Positions 57,582 to 64,000 of a stretch of DNA of 64,000 bases are shown here, piece after piece. Origin of the DNA: Lentisphaeria bacterium. Lineage in GTDB: Bacteria; Verrucomicrobiota; Lentisphaeria; JABSQK01; JAWLHB01. Each line of letters begins with the position of its first letter. Positions within the stretch are counted from its first letter, which is position 1. Location of the stretch: NCBI GenBank assembly GCA_041690595.1, contig JAWLHB010000007.1, positions 186,001 to 250,000 of the forward strand. Reading direction: 5' to 3'. A model generated the notes under the pieces. That model had not been told where the DNA came from. It did no database searches and saw only the letters and a list, made by a program, of their open reading frames with translations. The translations under genes were made by a program, and so were the position numbers.

Positions 57582-58556
57582 ATGAGCAAGATGCAATATG
57601 GACACGTTCCGGGCGTCGATAAGCCCGTGTCGCGCATCGTCCAGGGAACGACGATGATCAATGAAGGCGGCGATGAAAAAGAGATGTTCGCCCTGCTCGA
57701 CGCCGCTTTCGAGAATGGCTGCAATGCCTTCGACACGGCCCACATCTACGGTGGCGGCGGCAACGAACGCATGGTCGGCAACTGGATCCGCAGTCGCGGC
57801 ATCCGCGAGGAAGTCGTCATCATCGCCAAGGGCGCCCATCACAGCCGCGATCGTCGGCGCGTGACCCCGTGGGATATCAGTGCCGATCTTCATGACTCCC
57901 TCGCCCGCTTTCAGGTCGACTACATCGACCTGTATATCCTTCATCGGGACGACCCGACCTTTCCCGTCAGCCCGATCATCGACTGCCTCAACGATCATGA
58001 AGATTACGGCCGCATCAGCGCCTTCGGTGGCTCGAACTGGTCTCACATCCGCCTCCAGGAGGCGGCCAGATACGCGGACCTGACGGATCAGACACCCTTT
58101 GCCGCCAGCAGCCCCAACTTCAGCCTCGCCGAGCAGCATGAGGAACCCTGGCCCGGCTGCGTTAGCATCTCCGGGACAAAAGGCGCCGCGGGCCGCGAAT
58201 GGTATCGCCAGACGCAGTTCCCGGTCTTCGCCTGGTCGACCCTTGCCAGCGGCTTCTGGAGTGACCGCTACTCCCGCGATAACTACCAGACGCTCGATAT
58301 CCCGGCGGCTGGGCTGGTGCGCCAGTGCTACTGCCGCGAAGACAACTTCCAGCGACTCGATCGTGTCCGCGAGATGGCAAAGGAGAAGGGCCTCACCGTA
58401 CCGCAACTGGCGACCGCCTACGTCTTCAGTCAACCGCTAAACGTTTTTGGCCTCATCGCGTCGGCGAATCGCGCTGAATTCGAGGCGAACCTCGAAGCGC
58501 TGTCACTGGAGTTGACCGCCGAAGAGTGCTCCTGGCTCGACCTGCGCGAAAAATAG
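57582..58556 (+). CDS. Aldo/keto reductase
   Basis: FDTAHIYG, IAKGAH, IDLYILHRDD, FGGSNW. Confidence 0.9.
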   Translation: MSKMQYGHVPGVDKPVSRIVQGTTMINEGGDEKEMFALLDAAFENGCNAFDTAHIYGGGGNERMVGNWIRSRGIREEVVIIAKGAHHSRDRRRVTPWDISADLHDSLARFQVDYIDLYILHRDDPTFPVSPIIDCLNDHEDYGRISAFGGSNWSHIRLQEAARYADLTDQTPFAASSPNFSLAEQHEEPWPGCVSISGTKGAAGREWYRQTQFPVFAWSTLASGFWSDRYSRDNYQTLDIPAAGLVRQCYCREDNFQRLDRVREMAKEKGLTVPQLATAYVFSQPLNVFGLIASANRAEFEANLEALSLELTAEECSWLDLREK

Positions 58557-58566
58557 GAATGCTTTG

Positions 58567-58602
58567 CTGGCGGGAGCACCCCGTTGGAGGGACTCCCGCC
58601 AG
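58567..58602. terminator. GC-rich stem-loop between convergent genes (bidirectional terminator or REP-like)
   Basis: CTGGCGGGAG (58567-76) pairs with CTCCCGCCAG (58593-602); no long U-tract. Confidence 0.55.
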
Positions 58603-58609
58603 TTCCTGA

Positions 58610-59662
58610 TCAGAGATCGATGCCGCGAATCATGACGTTGGCTTCGCCCTTGGCCACTTCGCCGATGGTCTCGGCGGCAAAGCCAGCCTCGCGACAGAGC
58701 TTCAGCGCTGCGTCTTCCGCCTCGGCGGGCACGAAGAGGACCATGCCGACACCCATGTTGAAGACGCGGTACATCTCCTCGTCCCCGATCTTGCCCCCCT
58801 CCTGGATGAGCTTGAAGATCGGTGGCACGGGCAGCGTATCCCGATCGCAGATGACGCAATATGCGTCGGGTACGGTGCGCGGGATGTTGTCGTAGAAGCC
58901 GCCACCCGTGATGTGCGCCACCCCGTGCAACGGCAGCTCCGCGGCAAGTGCGGCACGAATGGCCGGCCAGTAGCAGACATGCGGCTTGAGCAGGGCGTCG
59001 CCGACGCTCTCGCCCTTCAGCAGCTCGGGCGTATCCGTCACCTTGTAGCCGCAATCGTCGAGAAGCACCCGCCGGGCCAGGCTGTAGCCATTGGTGTGCA
59101 GGCCGTTGCCCGCCAGCCCGATTGCCTTGTGACCGACAGTTATCCGATCGCCGGTGATCAAGCGTGAGCGATCGACCACACCGGTGATGCAGCCAACCAG
59201 GTCGAAGTCGTTGCCGTACATGCCCGGCATCTCCGCGGTCTCGCCGCCGAGCAGCGCCACATTCTGCGCGCGACACGCGTCGGCAATGCCCCCCAGAACC
59301 TGCTCGTACAGGGGGCTGCGCAACTTGCCGATGCCGATATAATCCAGGAAATAGAGAGGCTCGGCTCCCTGCACCGCGATGTCGTTGATGCAGTGATTGA
59401 CGATGTCGTAGCCGACCGTGTCGTACTTCTCCATCATCGCCGCCACCATCAGTTTCGTCCCTACGCCGTCGACGCTGGAAACCAGTACCGGCTGCGTATA
59501 GCCGGTGAGATCCAACTGAAAGAGCCCACCGAAGCCGCCCACCGGCGCCAGCACTTCCGGACGCTTCGCCGCACCCAGGCGACCCTTCAGATCCTTCAGC
59601 AAACGCCCCGCCAGATCGATGTCGACACCGGCTTCCTTGTACCTGTCGCTCTTCGCGCTCAT
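58610..59662 (-). CDS. purM: Phosphoribosylformylglycinamidine cyclo-ligase
   Basis: YKEAGVDI, GGFGGLF, DGVGTK, GGETAEMPG, HTNGYSL, HITGGG, VFNMGVGM. Confidence 0.97.
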   Translation of the reverse strand: MSAKSDRYKEAGVDIDLAGRLLKDLKGRLGAAKRPEVLAPVGGFGGLFQLDLTGYTQPVLVSSVDGVGTKLMVAAMMEKYDTVGYDIVNHCINDIAVQGAEPLYFLDYIGIGKLRSPLYEQVLGGIADACRAQNVALLGGETAEMPGMYGNDFDLVGCITGVVDRSRLITGDRITVGHKAIGLAGNGLHTNGYSLARRVLLDDCGYKVTDTPELLKGESVGDALLKPHVCYWPAIRAALAAELPLHGVAHITGGGFYDNIPRTVPDAYCVICDRDTLPVPPIFKLIQEGGKIGDEEMYRVFNMGVGMVLFVPAEAEDAALKLCREAGFAAETIGEVAKGEANVMIRGIDL

Positions 59663-59821
59663 GGACTCTCCCTCTGAAATGATGCTCGACTACATGTGCC
59701 CCATCAATAGACTATACCCGCACGAGATTTCAATTCACACAGCTCCACCACCGCTAGACTTGGAAGCACGCCGAAGTGCCCGTAGTTTACTGGATAACCT
59801 CTATCCAAAGGACCGCTCCCC

Positions 59822-61327
59822 ATGCGAACCGCCGCCGCACTCGTGCTCCTGCTCTTGACGATGCTTCCCCTCGCCGCGGAGCCGGAATCGGTCGCGCTCC
59901 TGGAGCAGGCCATCGCCGCCATGCAGCAGGACGGCCTTCCGGAAGGAAGCGCCTGGCACCTGCGCATGAAAACAGTCGAAGAGCTGCATCCCGACGTCGA
60001 GCTGACGGCGGAGGTGGAGATCTGGTGGAATGCCGGCGGCTATCTGGAGTTGCAGCGCTACCGGGAGCACCTCATCCATGCGAAGCTCTGGGACGGTGCC
60101 CAGCTCTACTTTGCCGAGAGCCGGCGCATCCGTTATCCCCTGGTCATCGATCAAAAAGAATTTCAGCTGAGTTGGGAGGCGATGCAGGTGGCATCGCTGG
60201 CTCCCCTGCGGCGAGACGATGCCTTCACCCTTTCCCTCGGCGAGACGCGCCGGATCGACGACTTCAGCTGTCGCGAACTCATCGCCCAATCGCGCCAATC
60301 CGGGATCGTCTATCGCCTCTTCCTCGATCAACGCGCGCACCTGCTTCGCGCCCTTGCCTACCCCACGCAGGTACTCTACGGGGGCTCCATCCATGATCAC
60401 GATCATGAGGTCCGCTTCGAGAACTATCGCAAGGATGCGTCGGGAATGCCGATAGCGCGACTGATTCGCCACCTCGAGGATGGTGAGCAGAAGCTGGCCG
60501 CGACGGTGCGCACCGTTGACCTGCAGGCGGATATCCCCGTGGACTTCTTCACCCGTGAGCGGCTGGAGGCCATCCTCGAAGAGCACCCTCCCTTTCCCTC
60601 CCAGCTCAACAGGGCACAGCGGAAACTGCTTCGGGATACGGTCGATGCCATCGAGAAGGGGAATGCCGAGCACGCCGCCATGCGCCATTCGGCCGTCACC
60701 AGGCTACTGGATCCAGCAAAGTATCGGGCCGCGCTGCTCGACCAGCCTACCTACGTGATGGTCGCGCCGAATCGCCTTGGCGGCCACTCCTCCGCGCACT
60801 TCATGCCGATGGATCTCGACGAGCAGGGGCGACCCCGCCTCGACGTTATCACCCTCCGGGATCAGCCACTCGAAGGCTTCACCGACTTCCTCACCCTCCT
60901 GCACGAGGCCAGCCATCTCCTCATCCGGCAGTACCAGACCGCTGCCCCCATCCTTGCCATCGATGACGAGGACTTGGTGGCGTGGCAGGAGGAATCGACC
61001 TACCTGCTCAAGAACCTCACCGACTTCGAAGCCGTTGCCTTCGCCGACCCTCGGCCCGATAACTGGGAGCAGGAGGTGCAGCGCCTCTGGGGCCACGTCC
61101 TCCTGCGCTATCGCTACGGCATGGCCGAGCATGCCCTCACCGATGCGGAACTCGCCCAGATGGAGGCGATCACCGGCTTCCGCGTTCGCCTCGACGAGGT
61201 GCGTCAGATTTATCTCCAGGCTGGTCTGCCCGAAGCCGTCATCCCGATGCAACTCGCCGACCGCTTCAACAAAGTGGTCGATCGCATCGAGAAGCGTCAG
61301 AACCAGCTGCGCCGCCCCTGGCGGTGA
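59822..61327 (+). CDS. Secreted hypothetical protein with C-terminal HEXXH motif
   Basis: Signal peptide MRTAAALVLLLLTMLPLAA; beta-rich N-half; TLLHEASHLL. Confidence 0.7.
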   Translation: MRTAAALVLLLLTMLPLAAEPESVALLEQAIAAMQQDGLPEGSAWHLRMKTVEELHPDVELTAEVEIWWNAGGYLELQRYREHLIHAKLWDGAQLYFAESRRIRYPLVIDQKEFQLSWEAMQVASLAPLRRDDAFTLSLGETRRIDDFSCRELIAQSRQSGIVYRLFLDQRAHLLRALAYPTQVLYGGSIHDHDHEVRFENYRKDASGMPIARLIRHLEDGEQKLAATVRTVDLQADIPVDFFTRERLEAILEEHPPFPSQLNRAQRKLLRDTVDAIEKGNAEHAAMRHSAVTRLLDPAKYRAALLDQPTYVMVAPNRLGGHSSAHFMPMDLDEQGRPRLDVITLRDQPLEGFTDFLTLLHEASHLLIRQYQTAAPILAIDDEDLVAWQEESTYLLKNLTDFEAVAFADPRPDNWEQEVQRLWGHVLLRYRYGMAEHALTDAELAQMEAITGFRVRLDEVRQIYLQAGLPEAVIPMQLADRFNKVVDRIEKRQNQLRRPWR

Positions 61328-61345
61328 CGCAGCCGGCTCCAGTTC

Positions 61346-62668
61346 TTACCCGCAGACTTCCCGCAGCGCGCGGCCCATGGCCTCGACGCTTTCGTCCAGT
61401 TGCTCTTCCGTGATGACCAGCGGCGGCGCGACACGGATCACATTGCCGTGGACTCCCACGGAGCCGACCAGCAGCCCCTGATTCGCGCACGCCGTCATCA
61501 ACGGACGAATCAGCTCCGGCGCCGGCTCGCGGCTCGCTTTGTCCTTGACGAACTCCAACCCGTAGACCAGGCCCATCCCGCGCACGTCGCCCAGCTTCGG
61601 GCAGCTCTCCTGCAGACGGCGCAGCTTCGGGAGCAGGTACTCGCCCAGCCGAGCGGCGCGGGCCGGCAACTCCTCGTCCTTCATGATATCCAGGACCGCG
61701 ATCACCGCGGCGCTGGCCACCGGATTGCCGCCCAGAGTGCTCGACATCTCCCCCTTGGCCAGGCATGCAAAGATCTCGCTGCGTGCCGCGACGGCCGCGG
61801 TTGCGATGCCGCTGCCGATCCCCTTGCCGATGGTGACGATGTCCGGCGTCAGCTGCTCGTGCTCCATCGCCCACATGCGGCCCGTCCGGCCGTACGAGGA
61901 CTGCACCTCGTCCAGGGTGAAGAGCAGCTTCTTGCCGCGCAGCCAGGCTTCCAGGCGGGTGAGCCAGCCAGCCGGCGGAAAGATGAAACCTGCCGCTCCC
62001 TGATAAGGCTCGACAATGGCTCCGGCAAGGCTGCCCGTTGAATTCGCCGCGATCATGCCCTCGATGAAGTCGAAATAGCGCTTGAACTCGGGCCCGTCAT
62101 CGCACCAGCCACACGGGTCGCGATAGGGGTTGGGGTAGGGGAGGCGGATGACGCCGGGCAGGGTGGGGCCGTACTTTCGCTTTGGGCCAGCCATGCCGCC
62201 CATCGCCGCCGCCGCCGTCGTGCGGCCATGAAATCCCCCTTCGAACGAGAGGATCTCGAAGTTTCCCGAATACCGCTTCATCAGGCGGCTCGCCGCCTCG
62301 GTGCATTCGCTGCCGGTGCTCAGGAAGAAGCAGCGATTCAGATGCGCGGGCAGCGCCTCGACCAGTCGCTCCGCGGCACGAATGCGATACTCGGTCGGGC
62401 ATTCATAGTTGTTGAGCAGCTTCTGGCTTGCCTCGCGCGTCGCTTCCACCAGTCGCGGATGGCAATGACCCACATTCGTCACCAGCACGCCGCTCGTCCA
62501 GTCAATGAAGGTGTTGCCATCGACATCAGTCACCACCGCTCCACGACCGCTCTCCCAGACGACCGGCGCCTGAAAGCCGCAGACATCCGCCTCGAACTCG
62601 TGCCACCTCTCCAGCAGCGCCTTGCTTTTCGGCCCTGGCAGCGGCCCCTTTACCTTGGCTATACTCAT
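61346..62668 (-). CDS. Class III PLP aminotransferase (GabT/ArgD-like)
   Basis: DVDGNTFID, FHGRT, EPYQG, DEVQSSYGRTG, IGKGIGSG, TLGGNP. Confidence 0.92.
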   Translation of the reverse strand: MSIAKVKGPLPGPKSKALLERWHEFEADVCGFQAPVVWESGRGAVVTDVDGNTFIDWTSGVLVTNVGHCHPRLVEATREASQKLLNNYECPTEYRIRAAERLVEALPAHLNRCFFLSTGSECTEAASRLMKRYSGNFEILSFEGGFHGRTTAAAAMGGMAGPKRKYGPTLPGVIRLPYPNPYRDPCGWCDDGPEFKRYFDFIEGMIAANSTGSLAGAIVEPYQGAAGFIFPPAGWLTRLEAWLRGKKLLFTLDEVQSSYGRTGRMWAMEHEQLTPDIVTIGKGIGSGIATAAVAARSEIFACLAKGEMSSTLGGNPVASAAVIAVLDIMKDEELPARAARLGEYLLPKLRRLQESCPKLGDVRGMGLVYGLEFVKDKASREPAPELIRPLMTACANQGLLVGSVGVHGNVIRVAPPLVITEEQLDESVEAMGRALREVCG

Positions 62669-62670
62669 GA

Positions 62671-63642
62671 TCAGACCTCGTTTACCGGGAATTTTGGTGC
62701 TTCGCCGCGGGCATGGCGCAGGATGTCGTCGACTATGCTCTCGCGAATGTGTTGGCCGGCCTCTTCACTCGCCCAGCCGATGTGGGGCGTGAGAATGCAG
62801 CTGGGAAGGTCGAACAGGCGCATCTCGCGCGGTGGCGGCTCCGTATCGAAGACGTCGATCGCGGCGCCCGCGATCACCTCTGTTTCCAGCGCGTCGGCAA
62901 GCGCCTCCGCATCGACCATCGGCCCTCGCGAGGTATTGATCAGGTAAGCGCTGCGCTTCATCTTCGACAGCGATTCGGAATTGATGATGTGGCGCGTTTC
63001 CGTGTTCAGCGGCGTATGCACCGTGATATAGTCCGACTCGCGCCAGAGGGTCTCGTGGTCCACAAACTCGATCTCGAGTGCCGCCTTGCGCTTCTCGCTC
63101 AGGTAGGGATCGCAGCCGATGATCCGGAAGCCGAAGGACTTGAGCTTTCTTGCCACCTGGCTGCCGATGCGGCCCACCCCCAGGATGCCCAGCGTCTTCC
63201 CTTCCAGCCGGTAGATGGGGAAGAGCTCCGAGAAGTCCCACTGGCCGCGCGCACTGGAATCCTCCAGCGTCTTGCGGCTGCTCACCACCTTGCGACCACA
63301 CGCAAGGATCAGCGCGATGGCATGCTCGGCCACATCTTCCATGCAGTAGCTGGGCTGGTACGCGAACTGGATACCATGGCGCGTGCACGCTTCCACGTCC
63401 ACATTGTCATAGCCGATCCCGTGCCGAATCAGCAGCTTGCACTTGGGCAACCTGCCAAGCAGCGAATCGGTCATCTTCACCATGTTGACCACTACCACAT
63501 CCGCCTCTTCCAGCTTCGGGACCACCTCGTCTTCAGGCTTGAACTTCAGCTGATACGCCGCAAAGTCGATCCCTTGTTCCTGGAGTTGACCAGCTTCCCA
63601 GTCCAGATTGTCTTCAATGTAATCGGTGACGACAACTTTCAT
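62671..63642 (-). CDS. D-isomer-specific 2-hydroxyacid dehydrogenase (SerA/CtBP-like)
   Basis: RHGIGYDNVD, GILGVGRIG, INTSRG, DVFDTEP, LTPHIGW. Confidence 0.9.
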   Translation of the reverse strand: MKVVVTDYIEDNLDWEAGQLQEQGIDFAAYQLKFKPEDEVVPKLEEADVVVVNMVKMTDSLLGRLPKCKLLIRHGIGYDNVDVEACTRHGIQFAYQPSYCMEDVAEHAIALILACGRKVVSSRKTLEDSSARGQWDFSELFPIYRLEGKTLGILGVGRIGSQVARKLKSFGFRIIGCDPYLSEKRKAALEIEFVDHETLWRESDYITVHTPLNTETRHIINSESLSKMKRSAYLINTSRGPMVDAEALADALETEVIAGAAIDVFDTEPPPREMRLFDLPSCILTPHIGWASEEAGQHIRESIVDDILRHARGEAPKFPVNEV

Positions 63643-63659
63643 TGCTCTTTCCTTTTGAT

Positions 63660-64000
63660 TCAGCCGGTGACAGGAACCCACGAGCGGGTTTGGTCGGCCA
63701 GGTAGATGGCCTCGACCACATGGAGGGCGGCAACGCCGTCGCGGCCGGTGATCGGGGGCCGGGTATCGTTGAGAATGGAGTCTGCAAAGAGGCGCACGTA
63801 CTCATGGCCCATGATGCCCGAGTAACCGCCGCTGCTCTGCAGTTCGAAGGTCTGTTCACGCCGCGGCGAGCCCGCGAAGCTCGGATGATCGCTGCAGACG
63901 TGCAGCACATCCTTCTGCCCCTCGTACGCCGGCGCCCAGGAGATGACCCCCTGCGTGCCGCGCAACGCAATGTAAAGGTCGCGGCCGTAGGGGAAGGAAT
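63660..64000 (-). CDS. C-terminal part of a probable Gfo/Idh/MocA oxidoreductase (runs off the window)
   Basis: LRGTQGVI...FADSILNDTRPPITGRDGVAALHVVEAIYLA, typical Gfo/Idh C-terminus. Confidence 0.7.
   Translation of the reverse strand, partial: SFPYGRDLYIALRGTQGVISWAPAYEGQKDVLHVCSDHPSFAGSPRREQTFELQSSGGYSGIMGHEYVRLFADSILNDTRPPITGRDGVAALHVVEAIYLADQTRSWVPVTG

Noticed and set aside
1..64000. tRNA, rRNA, integrase, transposase or prophage genes
   Set aside because: None recognised by eye; a covariance-model search (tRNAscan/Infernal) would be needed to exclude small RNAs.

Overview
GC-rich bacterial chromosomal window with about 43 real CDS. Many long antisense 'shadow' ORFs in the track are GC-bias artefacts. 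By gene content it most resembles Lentisphaerae/PVC bacteria (inference). Housekeeping genes (dinB, gmk, pyc, purM, znuA, mlaA, pagL-like) are interspersed with carbohydrate-catabolism islands: GH2 end, a giant GH42-like protein, GH29, GH172/DUF2961, a GH95-like protein, three DUF4838-type proteins, uxuA, PfkB, NagB-like, SGNH, two URO-D/MtaA-like proteins and oxidoreductases. The most striking pattern is three separate cassettes, each with a type IV/II prepilin-like protein (FTLIELL...H-X9-DG) that lacks the canonical Gly(-1). Each pilin-like gene sits among large, mostly secreted, uncharacterised glycan-processing proteins, and two cassettes have their own LacI or GntR-LacI regulator. No SusC/D or sugar ABC transporter is visible in the window. 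Non-coding features: a spacer-less 29-bp tandem array; a 20-bp direct repeat flanking the GH95-like gene; dispersed intergenic 9-bp microsatellites; a palindromic operator shared by two promoters; a Fur/Zur-like box upstream of znuA. No rRNA, tRNA, CRISPR-cas, integrase or transposase was recognised. All calls were made by eye from motifs; no database searches were run.
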